Shown here: piece by piece, positions 33,822 to 42,366 of the stretch
Layout: the number at the start of each line of letters is the position of its first letter
How positions within the stretch are numbered: position 1 is the first letter of the stretch
IMG/VR virus record: IMGVR_UViG_3300027863_000005
Coordinates: 1 to 51,324 of that record
Strand: one strand, 5' to 3'
From: a virus
DNA length: 51,324 bases
Translations under genes and position numbers: made by a program
Notes under the pieces: model-generated
The model's database searches: none
The model's input: only the letters and a program-made list of their open reading frames with translations
What the model was told of the DNA's origin: nothing

Positions 33822-34754
33822 TCAGTAAGAAATCAACTGCTGTAGTTTGTGCCAGGCCTCAACTCGCCCCCGGCTACTGCCGAGGGGCGACTGGAGCGGG
33901 ATGCCATTTTCGGTTCTCTGTCTCCACCATGCAATGTCCACTGATGCAAAACACCCGGCGCAAGCAGACTCTGGATAGTCTGCCAGAACCATCGGCATCC
34001 AGATGTCCGGGCGCTCCACGCCATGAAGTGCATAGAGCGTTGGCGTGGTAGTACACAGGTCGTCTACAGCGACCCACCTACCATTAACATTCACCGTGAC
34101 TCCCCATACAGCCGTGACTGCGAATTGCGCCACGCGGTCAATCGTGGGGGTAATGGGCCCCCTCTGACCAACGTAAATCGTAGGGGATAGTACGTCGGAG
34201 AGTTCTATCACCTCCGAGCCCACATTGGCCGGGAACACGGCAACTATTGGGAATGGCGCGTAGTCGGCATACTCAGGGTCAAAAACGACCGACAACTCAA
34301 GCCATGCCGGTTGTACGCCGGTAGTTTCTACGAGATTTCTAAGAGGCTCTGACCAATCCAGAAGCACCTTGCCTGGCACGCTGGATGGCATAACGGTTGG
34401 CGTCAGCACAGCCCGCTGAACGGGCGATTCTTCGGTGTCAAGGAGGGCGTGTTTCACAAATCGTGAAGTCTCGTACAGCGACGGTGCGCCGAGTGTTCTG
34501 GTTGCAACACTGACGGTCAGCCGGGACGGATAAAGGCCGAATAAGGAACCGCCAACCAGACTACCCAGTTCGGCACCTACGGCCTCTACCACGCTTCGGA
34601 ACGTCAGACGGTCCGGCCCCGGCGGACGGATGTTCCGCGCTTCCGCTGGCGTCGGCCACACCATGCATTGGGGGTCGGCCAGTGTCCCCCAGAACGATTC
34701 CGGGTTCATCCCGACCACCAGCATCGCCCTTCTGAGTGCTGCCCTTGTCAACAC
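33822..34754 (-). CDS. Virion protein of the head-tail joining region (unknown)
   Basis: GTG 34754 after AGGGGGCTCAGCC; 310 aa; call is by position only. Confidence 0.5.
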   Translation of the reverse strand: MLTRAALRRAMLVVGMNPESFWGTLADPQCMVWPTPAEARNIRPPGPDRLTFRSVVEAVGAELGSLVGGSLFGLYPSRLTVSVATRTLGAPSLYETSRFVKHALLDTEESPVQRAVLTPTVMPSSVPGKVLLDWSEPLRNLVETTGVQPAWLELSVVFDPEYADYAPFPIVAVFPANVGSEVIELSDVLSPTIYVGQRGPITPTIDRVAQFAVTAVWGVTVNVNGRWVAVDDLCTTTPTLYALHGVERPDIWMPMVLADYPESACAGCFASVDIAWWRQRTENGIPLQSPLGSSRGRVEAWHKLQQLISY

Positions 34755-34938
34755 GGCTGAGCCCCCTGGTTAACAAGTACTCCACATCATGCTCATGTGC
34801 ATAGATAGTCATGCCATTCTGGACAACGTACCGTCTACCGCTCGGTGTGCTGATTCTCATCGGGTATGGGTACCCCGATTCAACCAGAAGCGGGACGGTC
34901 TTTGCTGTCCAGTGTTGCGGGCAATTTGCGCACGGCAT
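34561..34938 (-). CDS. Small protein downstream of capsid gene (3' half overlaps next gene out of frame)
   Basis: ATG 34938 after GAGGAGG. The first ~60 aa look protein-like (MPCANCPQHWTAKTVPLLVESGYPYPMRISTPSGRRYVVQNGMTIYAHEHDVEY); the remainder is Gly/Arg/Pro-rich. Confidence 0.4.
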   Translation of the reverse strand: MPCANCPQHWTAKTVPLLVESGYPYPMRISTPSGRRYVVQNGMTIYAHEHDVEYLLTRGLSRVDKGSTQKGDAGGRDEPGIVLGDTGRPPMHGVADASGSAEHPSAGAGPSDVPKRGRGRRCRTG

Positions 34939-35014
34939 TCTGACCGCCTCCTCATGGCTTCGTAGTGGGGGAAGGTAAGGGACGCTAGCCCCTTACCCAC
35001 CCCCCACTACTACG

Positions 35015-36283
35015 CTACGACCGCGAGGTCACACCACCGCTCAGCAGTGGCTCAGGGAAAATCCCCATCGTCGGCCAGGAGATGTTCGTGATTTTCGCCG
35101 CCAGGTACGGTGTCAGCAACACCACTCGTGGCACAATGACGCCCGTCAGGTTATAGCACAGCCCACCCGAAGGCGCCGTGTACCACAGGACACGACCAGC
35201 GTCAGTCACGACTGCCGCTGCATAACCCTGGGCTAAATCCGGCGAACCGGACATGTCCAGGTAGTTCATGAACGTCAGTTTCCGCCCCCCGGCGCTGATG
35301 GGGATGATGTAGATGTTCCCGGTGCTCGTGCCGGAATTGGAAGTGACCGGAATGCCATCGTCCCCGATGAACGGGTAAGCCCGTCCACCGATGGCGATGG
35401 TATCCTCTGAAAGCATTCGGTCACGCTCGCGCGCCAGCGCCGCAAGGTCAATGGTCGGCGTGTGTCCGGCGGGGAAGGTGTATCCAAACACCGCCGAATA
35501 CATCCCGGCCCAGGTCAGGGAAAGCAGATACTTCAACTCTGGCGGCACGGCAATGACCCATTGCACTTCCCCAAACCCATAGGCCGCAGCGCGGTGACGC
35601 AGAACCGTCATGACCTCCAGCAGCCTGCGGGCCAGCACCGACCCGGTGGAGTCCGTCGCGTTATAGTCGTCAGAGAAGTCTACCACCACCGAACCGAGGT
35701 TGGGGCACGGCGTCCCGGTCAGGGCATCCGTAATGGTGTCGGTGATGAGAGCATCAAGGCCCACAATCTCACGGAACCCCTCTGTGCCACCGGTCGGGTC
35801 CCCGCTCCAGACATCCTCATGAAGCCGGAGGTACAGGGCACGGGCAACAGCCAGCATCGCCAGTGCGATTCCGGACTCCGTAACCACCTGGTTGTTCACC
35901 TCACCCCGGCCAACCAATTCGCGGACTTCTGGAGAAAGCAGTTCGCCGATAATCTCAAAGTCCACTTCGCCCTGATTGACCCTCTGGACAAACTCCTCAG
36001 GGCTAATGGTTGGCGAGGTAAAGCAGTAGCGTCCATACGGCACAATCGCAACGCAAGAGGCCACTTCACCGACCGTCTGACAAGTAGCACACTTGCTTTG
36101 CGGCACCGTACCGGATGGCGATGAGTCAACCCGCAGAAGGTACGCAATTTGCGGGTTGGCAACATTGGAAGCCACCCAGTTTATCCTGGACAGTACAGAG
36201 GACGGCGTGACAACTGTGCTGAGCACTTCTTTGGCACTGACACCAGTAAACGCAGTGCCTGCACCATGAAAACGAAGCGGCAT
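35015..36283 (-). CDS. Major capsid protein
   Basis: 422 aa directly after the scaffold gene. ATG 36283 after TTGGAGGTTAAC. Call is by position and size; the fold was not verified. Confidence 0.7.
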   Translation of the reverse strand: MPLRFHGAGTAFTGVSAKEVLSTVVTPSSVLSRINWVASNVANPQIAYLLRVDSSPSGTVPQSKCATCQTVGEVASCVAIVPYGRYCFTSPTISPEEFVQRVNQGEVDFEIIGELLSPEVRELVGRGEVNNQVVTESGIALAMLAVARALYLRLHEDVWSGDPTGGTEGFREIVGLDALITDTITDALTGTPCPNLGSVVVDFSDDYNATDSTGSVLARRLLEVMTVLRHRAAAYGFGEVQWVIAVPPELKYLLSLTWAGMYSAVFGYTFPAGHTPTIDLAALARERDRMLSEDTIAIGGRAYPFIGDDGIPVTSNSGTSTGNIYIIPISAGGRKLTFMNYLDMSGSPDLAQGYAAAVVTDAGRVLWYTAPSGGLCYNLTGVIVPRVVLLTPYLAAKITNISWPTMGIFPEPLLSGGVTSRS

Positions 36284-36284
36284 G

Positions 36285-36947
36285 TTAACCTCCAATCATT
36301 TTCTGGGCCAGGATGCCAGCAGGAGTCACCTCGCGCCCAATCGGAGTGACTGACGGACGGGGTGAAATTTCCAGCGCTTTTTGAGCAGATTCCTGAGCCT
36401 GGCGGACTTGCTCCTTCAGCGCTGTAACGCTTTCAGCCAACTCCTTGACCTGCCCTTCAAGCCCTTCAAGCCGTGAAACCACCTCAGCAATGCTCTTCTC
36501 TTCGCCATTAGTGGGAGGGGCAGGATACGGGTAGCCATAAACAGAACCGCCCTCTTTAGCCATCTTTTCGGCAATTTGGTCTGCCCGCTCCTTGATGGCC
36601 TTCGGGGCAATCCGGGCAAGGATAGCCGCCAGCGCCCCCCACTCGCTTGGCTTGGAGATGCGAACGACAGTAGCAAGCGCCCGCAGATATTCCTGCACGC
36701 GCTCGCTCACTTCTTCCTCGGCAAGTGCCGCAATCTGACGTCCAAACGTGGATGCAGACTTCCGGCCCTCCTCCAGTTCGCCAGTAACTGACTTGCTGTC
36801 CAGGCCTGCCTCATCAAGGGCACGCTCAAGTCGGTCGGCTGCCGCCAGAAGTTCCTCCAATTCCTTTGCAAAGACGTCGGAGGAAACTTCCTCAAGGGTA
36901 ACATCATCTTCGTCTGTGGTCACTTCCTCAAGTTCGTCTTTCGTCAT
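36285..36947 (-). CDS. Scaffolding protein
   Basis: 220 aa, very acidic and helical (MTKDELEEVTTDEDDVTLEE...). Immediately upstream of the capsid gene. Confidence 0.65.
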   Translation of the reverse strand: MTKDELEEVTTDEDDVTLEEVSSDVFAKELEELLAAADRLERALDEAGLDSKSVTGELEEGRKSASTFGRQIAALAEEEVSERVQEYLRALATVVRISKPSEWGALAAILARIAPKAIKERADQIAEKMAKEGGSVYGYPYPAPPTNGEEKSIAEVVSRLEGLEGQVKELAESVTALKEQVRQAQESAQKALEISPRPSVTPIGREVTPAGILAQKMIGG

Positions 36948-39900
36948 TCTTCCTCCTTCTGGTCAATCGGAAAAGTTGTCCATGGATTTGCCGCAGCGCC
37001 CGCAGGAAGGATACTGACCTCCCGCAGTCTCAACTCAATAATCTGAGATGGGTCGTTCGGGTCACGAACCCCCCAAAATCCAACGGATGTCGCCCAACCA
37101 TACGGAGCGATGGTTGGATGGCCGGTTGGGTATCTGGTCAGGAAACTCTTAAAGAACCTTGCCTTCGGCGTATGCCGGAATTTCCCAATACCGAACACAA
37201 ATCGTTTGTATGGTATGAATGCAATAAGGTCAGCGATGTCTGTGCCGTCCTTGTGCGCAATCCGCACCGTAGCGTTCCTGGGCGGATTCTCCAGCAAACT
37301 CTGGACTGCCTGCTTTGTGACAAAGTCTCCCTGGAGGTCAAGGAAGCGGTTTGTCACCGGCAGTATTATCAAGTCCCCCACTATTTTATAACAAATCGCG
37401 CCAGAGCGCAAGCGAGGGAGCATTGCCAGGAACAATCTCCAGGGCAGATGCGGCAACTGGCGGACAGTCTTTCCCAGCCAGCCCTTAATGGACACCCTCA
37501 CGGGCGGTTTGTCAGACAGCGGGTCCCGGTAGAAAAACACCTCGTGCCCACGTTGGGCGAGCCTGGCCCGAATTTGCTCTATCGTTTCGTGGCGAGCAAT
37601 GGGTTCCCCGCCTGCCTTGACCGTCCAGACACCCGGCTGGATTCTCTGAAACGTAAGTAGCACCGACTTCCCCTTCCGGCCACGCAGCACTACTTCCACA
37701 AAGTGCCGGTTCCAGGTTCCGGCGTCATATGTGCCCCAGTCAACCGCATCAAATCTGGCGTACTTTTGAGTAGTAGAGCCTACCTCGCCTGGGCCGGAAA
37801 CAAATGGCTCTCCCTTACCGACCTCCAGCCAGTCCAGCGGCTGGGGCTGTTTTGGAGTGCAACGCATGATTTTGCCATCCTTCAGCGCCTCCCATGCGTT
37901 CTCCACTCCTTTTTCAGAGAAAATTGTGAAGCCAAAGAGGTAACTGCCATCATGGGCTGTCATGCGAAGGTCGTAGTGAACCGAGTGGCCAGCCGGTGGA
38001 TTGCTGACCTCTTCACGGGTGAGTCCCCTGATATGACGTTGGACAATGAATCTGCCATGTCCGTCTGCCGGGTAAAACTCGTGCCACTTCTCTTCCCATG
38101 TTCTCTCGGCACGTTCGCTTCTCGTGTCACCAGGCAATGTGTCGTCTGTCTCCTCGGCCAGTTCCTTGACGTTGGCCTCAAGTTCCCTGTAGTGCGGAAT
38201 CGGCTCGGCCTTGCTGCTCACTTCGTTCATCCATTTGCCTTTCTCTGGCACGAAGTTGGTGATAAGAACCTCCTGGTTAGGAGTAAGCCCATGGCCAGAG
38301 TTAGCCATGCGGTAAGCAACGACACGGAATACGTGCCATGTCTCCGGCAGCGTCACCCCGGAAGCCTTCAGGTCATTAGGCTTGCATGACAGGATGAACT
38401 TCCCGCGAATTGTTTTCAGCAGCCGGAGCAGTTCCGCAAACTGCTCAATGGTAAACGGGTATCTGTACTTGGAACGTGCATCTGAAGTGGGGTACGGCGG
38501 GTCCAGGTAAAACAGCACATCCTTGCGGTTACGGAACTTCCGAATCAGGTCAAACGCATCCGCATGAAGAATCCTCACACCACGAAACCTGCGTTTCAGT
38601 GCGAGGAAGGTGCCAACCGGAAGTCTGTGCCTATGCGATGGCGGCCAGTTAACCGACTCGTATCCCAGGTAAAACCTGCTACCAATCATCAGGAACAAGG
38701 CCGCCTCGCGGCCGGAGCGAGGCTTCGCTTCCTTTAAACGCCGCTGGGTTTCTCTGGTCAGAGGCGTTCTGCGGGCTTCCTCAACAACTGCCGCAATCTC
38801 ACTGTCCGAGGCCCTTTGAATAAAGCGGTAAGCAGCGATTTTTGTCCCATCAATATCCGCAATAACCTCTTCCCCAATCTTGGGCTTGATTGCAAAGAAA
38901 TTCAGCGTTCCCACGAATGGCTCACAGTATAGCGAATGGTCGGGGAACAACTCAAGGATTTTTCTGGCAAGGCGCGTTTTTGTACCGAGTCCCTGGAACG
39001 GCATCGGCCCACCAGCAAACCATTTGCGGGCCAATTCTGCATTCGCGTGCTCAAGCCTCATGCTCACGGCCTCGTGAAGGGTAAACGGCCCTCCCTCATT
39101 GACATTGGTTGCCATACCCGCTTGCTCTTCCGCAAGCGCTTTGCCAACCTCGCTAACTTTTGGCAACTCAATAATTCGGTCACGAACCGACTTAAGCCAT
39201 TTGCCTTTCTCTGGCTTGTAATTGGTTATGAGCAACTCGTCGGTCGCGTGACCGCCGCCGTGAGGAGTAATAGTGTACACCCGTACACGGTGGACGTGCC
39301 ATGACGCTGGAATCTTGAACCCAGCAAGGTCTCTCCGGTAGCACGACAGGATGAACCTGCCCTTTATCGTTTTCAGCAGTTCAAGCAGTTCCATGAATTT
39401 TTGCTTGTCAAACTGCTCACGGTAGTACACCGCATGGTCAGCCGTTGCATACGGCGGGTCAAGGTAAAACAGCACATTCGGGTTGTTCCGCAGGCTTCTG
39501 ATGACGTCAAGTGCGTCTTTGTGCAGAATCTTTACACCCGCCAGCCGGTGCTTGAGGGCAATGTATGTGCCAGGGTTAGGCTTGAACGAAACGAACGGCG
39601 GGTACGGAATCTCGCGCCCACGCATAAAAAAGTTGCCCAGCAGCGTCAGCCGGAACGCCTCTCTATCAGAGCGTGGCTTGCCATGCTGGACCTCTTCCTG
39701 AATCTCCCTGTCCGGACGGACGTTAGCAATTTCATCAATAACCTCGGCGATTTGAGCCTCACTTGCTCGCTGCAAGAACCGATAGCAGCGGTACTTGACT
39801 TCGTCAAGGTCAGAGATAATTTCCTGGACGCCCTTAACTTTTGGCTTCCTGGCAAAAAAGCCCAGCGAGCCCACAAATGGCTCGCAGTAGATTTCATGGT

Positions 39901-41824
39901 CAGTGAACAATTCCAGTATTTTCCCCGCCAGCCTTGCTTTTGTTCCAAGTCCCCGGAATGGCATTGGCCCACCGGCAAACATCTTGCGGGGCAGTTCCGC
40001 ATTCGCGTGCTCAAGCATTACCCTCATGGCTTCCTGAAGGGTGAGTGGTCTTCCCTCGTTAACATCGGTTACCACTGCGTTCTGAAACTTTAGCGTGTCA
40101 CCCGATGGCACCAGTTCCTGGCAAAGCACCGTGACCACATCGCCCGGCTTTGCCTGGATGCGGGTCACCATCGTTTTTCCGGTTGGGTGACCATCGGCCC
40201 ACTCGCAGTCATATGACCAGCCATTCTCTTTTCGCTCGGCGCTCACGACACGGGCCCGTACTTCCAGCATTCGCTTCACTTTGCTCCAAGACTGGCTGGG
40301 GCCTCCGGTGATGACTGAGTCCAGGTCTTTGGCCACGATTCCCTCAGAGCCGGGAATGAAGCCGAACCGTTCAAACGCGCTCTCCAGTTCCTGTTTGTTC
40401 CCGACAATTGTCATCGGGGTCAGAAACTCTTCCGGCACAATTCTCTCAAGAACTTTCCGTCTCTCGCGGTAAGGGGTGTCCTTGCTCACCCCGCCGCCCG
40501 ATAGAATGTCAAAAAAGCGCGGGTGGGCTGTCCATTCCACCCTCCGCGTGGATAAGACGGCGGGCATCAAGTGACGCGGAACAATGCGACCGTTGGCGAC
40601 CATCAGCAGTTCTCCATCCAACTCAACCGGGCCGCCCGGCAGGCGCAGTTGCTTCACAACATCCACAAGGTATGAAGACACATCTTTGCCACTTTCCGTT
40701 GTGGCCTTGACTCCGTCATCGCCAATCGCAATACGGAACCGCCAGCCATTCCATTTCGGCTCAACAGCAAATGGGGCATGGGAATGCCCCCACCCCTCCC
40801 ACATCTGAGCCGCCGAGAAATTCTCAAAGTAGAATGGCACTGCAGGTTTCATCGGCCACAGGGCCTTCTCGGCGTTTTCTAACGGGACGACCATACCGTC
40901 ATGCGCCAGTTCAGCCCAGGCGGGAAGTTCTGGTTCTTCTGGAACCGACCTGCCAACCTGCGTGAGGTAAACATGGAGCGCACCGGCGTCGCGGAGTTCT
41001 GTCAGGTGTTCTGCAACAGCCCAGTGGTCAAAAACCGGGTGGTCCCAACCGGCGGCGTCCACAACCGCAATGGCACCGTCAAAAAACTTCAGACTCTCTT
41101 CGGGAATCTCTGCGATGTCGTGAGCAACTGCAACTGCAATGCTATCCGCTTCCATGCGGTAGCCAACAGTGGTCACGTCACCATGTATGACACGGAATGG
41201 AGTAACGGTAACGTCTTTCACCCGGAAAGGGGTGCCAGGCGTCACCAGAACGACATCATGTTCGCCAATTTGCTCCGGCGCGTATACGGTGGTGTGCAAC
41301 TCCGACAACCCGGAGCATGCGTCACGATGGCGGTGGCTGACCAAAACAGCATCCGGCGACTGGTCAAGCCGTTCGGCAATCCCAGAGGGCGCATCCACCA
41401 GAAGGTTCACTCCGGAAATATTGACCAACGTGGCAGTATTCCACCGTGTTTCCCCATCATGGACAGGTTCGCTGGGACCAGTACCGACAAAATGGATGAA
41501 GTTTGCTGCCTGGTTTGACTTCACCTCCACTACCGCATCAGGCTTAAACCGCAGCACAAGGTCCGCCAGCGGGATGTAGTCCGAATGAGGGCCTGTTGGT
41601 TCCGGGATGATGTGAATGGGCAGGTCATGGCGGTCAATTTCCAGACGCTCTGCGATGTAATTCCTTACCTGGAGCAGCACAGAGTCAGCGGACACCGTCA
41701 GTTTGTCCCCAATGAACTCCGCGCGAACGACCACATCAACATCGCCGGGCGTGTTTCCTCGCACGGCCCCACCAGCGATGGAGAGAAAATCACTGACGAT
41801 GACCTTATCCTTGCCTTCTGTCAT
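36944..41824 (-). CDS. 1626-aa multidomain head-module protein: NTase motif + MBL-like + ATP-dependent ligase + 2x Dam-like N6-adenine MTase + LigD-type 3'-phosphoesterase + unassigned C-terminus
   Basis: - NTase: IAGGAVRGNTPGDVDVVV (G[GS]..RG.....D.D)
- MBL-like: VLVSHRHRDA
- Ligase motifs: EPKWNGWR (I), ELDGELL (III), EGIVAKD (IV), WSKVKR (V)
- Dam-like, present twice: GLGTK.RLA.KILELF...YCEPFVG...VLFYLDPPY
- LigD phosphoesterase-like: RFIVQRHIRG...HSVHYDLRM
- ATGA overlaps at both ends. Confidence 0.8.
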   Translation of the reverse strand: MTEGKDKVIVSDFLSIAGGAVRGNTPGDVDVVVRAEFIGDKLTVSADSVLLQVRNYIAERLEIDRHDLPIHIIPEPTGPHSDYIPLADLVLRFKPDAVVEVKSNQAANFIHFVGTGPSEPVHDGETRWNTATLVNISGVNLLVDAPSGIAERLDQSPDAVLVSHRHRDACSGLSELHTTVYAPEQIGEHDVVLVTPGTPFRVKDVTVTPFRVIHGDVTTVGYRMEADSIAVAVAHDIAEIPEESLKFFDGAIAVVDAAGWDHPVFDHWAVAEHLTELRDAGALHVYLTQVGRSVPEEPELPAWAELAHDGMVVPLENAEKALWPMKPAVPFYFENFSAAQMWEGWGHSHAPFAVEPKWNGWRFRIAIGDDGVKATTESGKDVSSYLVDVVKQLRLPGGPVELDGELLMVANGRIVPRHLMPAVLSTRRVEWTAHPRFFDILSGGGVSKDTPYRERRKVLERIVPEEFLTPMTIVGNKQELESAFERFGFIPGSEGIVAKDLDSVITGGPSQSWSKVKRMLEVRARVVSAERKENGWSYDCEWADGHPTGKTMVTRIQAKPGDVVTVLCQELVPSGDTLKFQNAVVTDVNEGRPLTLQEAMRVMLEHANAELPRKMFAGGPMPFRGLGTKARLAGKILELFTDHEIYCEPFVGSLGFFARKPKVKGVQEIISDLDEVKYRCYRFLQRASEAQIAEVIDEIANVRPDREIQEEVQHGKPRSDREAFRLTLLGNFFMRGREIPYPPFVSFKPNPGTYIALKHRLAGVKILHKDALDVIRSLRNNPNVLFYLDPPYATADHAVYYREQFDKQKFMELLELLKTIKGRFILSCYRRDLAGFKIPASWHVHRVRVYTITPHGGGHATDELLITNYKPEKGKWLKSVRDRIIELPKVSEVGKALAEEQAGMATNVNEGGPFTLHEAVSMRLEHANAELARKWFAGGPMPFQGLGTKTRLARKILELFPDHSLYCEPFVGTLNFFAIKPKIGEEVIADIDGTKIAAYRFIQRASDSEIAAVVEEARRTPLTRETQRRLKEAKPRSGREAALFLMIGSRFYLGYESVNWPPSHRHRLPVGTFLALKRRFRGVRILHADAFDLIRKFRNRKDVLFYLDPPYPTSDARSKYRYPFTIEQFAELLRLLKTIRGKFILSCKPNDLKASGVTLPETWHVFRVVAYRMANSGHGLTPNQEVLITNFVPEKGKWMNEVSSKAEPIPHYRELEANVKELAEETDDTLPGDTRSERAERTWEEKWHEFYPADGHGRFIVQRHIRGLTREEVSNPPAGHSVHYDLRMTAHDGSYLFGFTIFSEKGVENAWEALKDGKIMRCTPKQPQPLDWLEVGKGEPFVSGPGEVGSTTQKYARFDAVDWGTYDAGTWNRHFVEVVLRGRKGKSVLLTFQRIQPGVWTVKAGGEPIARHETIEQIRARLAQRGHEVFFYRDPLSDKPPVRVSIKGWLGKTVRQLPHLPWRLFLAMLPRLRSGAICYKIVGDLIILPVTNRFLDLQGDFVTKQAVQSLLENPPRNATVRIAHKDGTDIADLIAFIPYKRFVFGIGKFRHTPKARFFKSFLTRYPTGHPTIAPYGWATSVGFWGVRDPNDPSQIIELRLREVSILPAGAAANPWTTFPIDQKEEE
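38231..39103 (-). repeat. Intragenic duplicated Dam-like methyltransferase module, copy 2 (aa ~908-1198)
   Basis: VNEGGPFTLHEAVSMRLEHANAELARKWFAGGPMPFQGLGTK...FYLDPPYPTSD...FILSC...LITNFVPEKGKWM. Offset from copy 1 is exactly 320 aa. Confidence 0.85.
39191..40063 (-). repeat. Intragenic duplicated Dam-like methyltransferase module, copy 1 (aa ~588-878)
   Basis: VNEGRPLTLQEAMRVMLEHANAELPRKMFAGGPMPFRGLGTK...FYLDPPYATAD...FILSC...LITNYKPEKGKWL. Confidence 0.85.
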
Positions 41825-42366
41825 TTGAATTCCACCTCTACCACCACATTGGGCTGAGCAAGGGCTTTGAGAAGAGAGCCACGAATGGTTCTCATGGCCG
41901 CGTACGTTGCAAGGGTGTACGCGCTTTGGGTCAGGCTCCTTGCAGAAATACCGGGGTGGGCAACGGCTTTAGCCTTGATGACCGGCCCACTTCGCCTGGC
42001 CGGGCCAGGCGAGAAATAGTGAGGGCGCGTGCCTTGCAGGGCGCGCCGGTACCCCGGCCTGAACATCAGGAATCGGCTCCGTCTGGCAGCAATGACATGC
42101 GGTCTTGTCCCGCCGTCCATGAACCTGTAGATGGCCTTCTGCTCTGACGTGCCGGAAATAGCAATTGTGATGCAAACATCAACCGCGCCGCCCGATTCGG
42201 TCGCCGTTACCGCAAATGAGAACTCCGGAGCATTGCGCCAGTGCGTTGTCCATGCTTTCAGGTTCTCCGTCATTTCCTGGCCTATGCGGGTGCCAACGGT
42301 CTCGGCCAGCGTGGATGAGACGGCTTTTGCTACACCTCTTCTGATAACATCCTTTACCCTGCTCAT
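41821..42366 (-). CDS. Virion morphogenesis protein (possibly HK97 gp10-like)
   Basis: 181 aa between the portal and the giant protein, coupled by ATGA overlaps on both sides. KAVAHPGISARS is weakly reminiscent of the gp10 family. Confidence 0.4.
   Translation of the reverse strand: MSRVKDVIRRGVAKAVSSTLAETVGTRIGQEMTENLKAWTTHWRNAPEFSFAVTATESGGAVDVCITIAISGTSEQKAIYRFMDGGTRPHVIAARRSRFLMFRPGYRRALQGTRPHYFSPGPARRSGPVIKAKAVAHPGISARSLTQSAYTLATYAAMRTIRGSLLKALAQPNVVVEVEFK

Noticed and set aside
36947-37417. C-terminal ~155 aa of the giant protein as a fused prohead protease (no separate protease gene is visible in the head module).
   Set aside because: There is only a vague resemblance (LDLQGDFVTKQAV...RIAHKDG) to the D..GD...AF...H pattern of HK97-type proteases, and no identifiable catalytic Ser/His pair. 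It needs profile or structure evidence.
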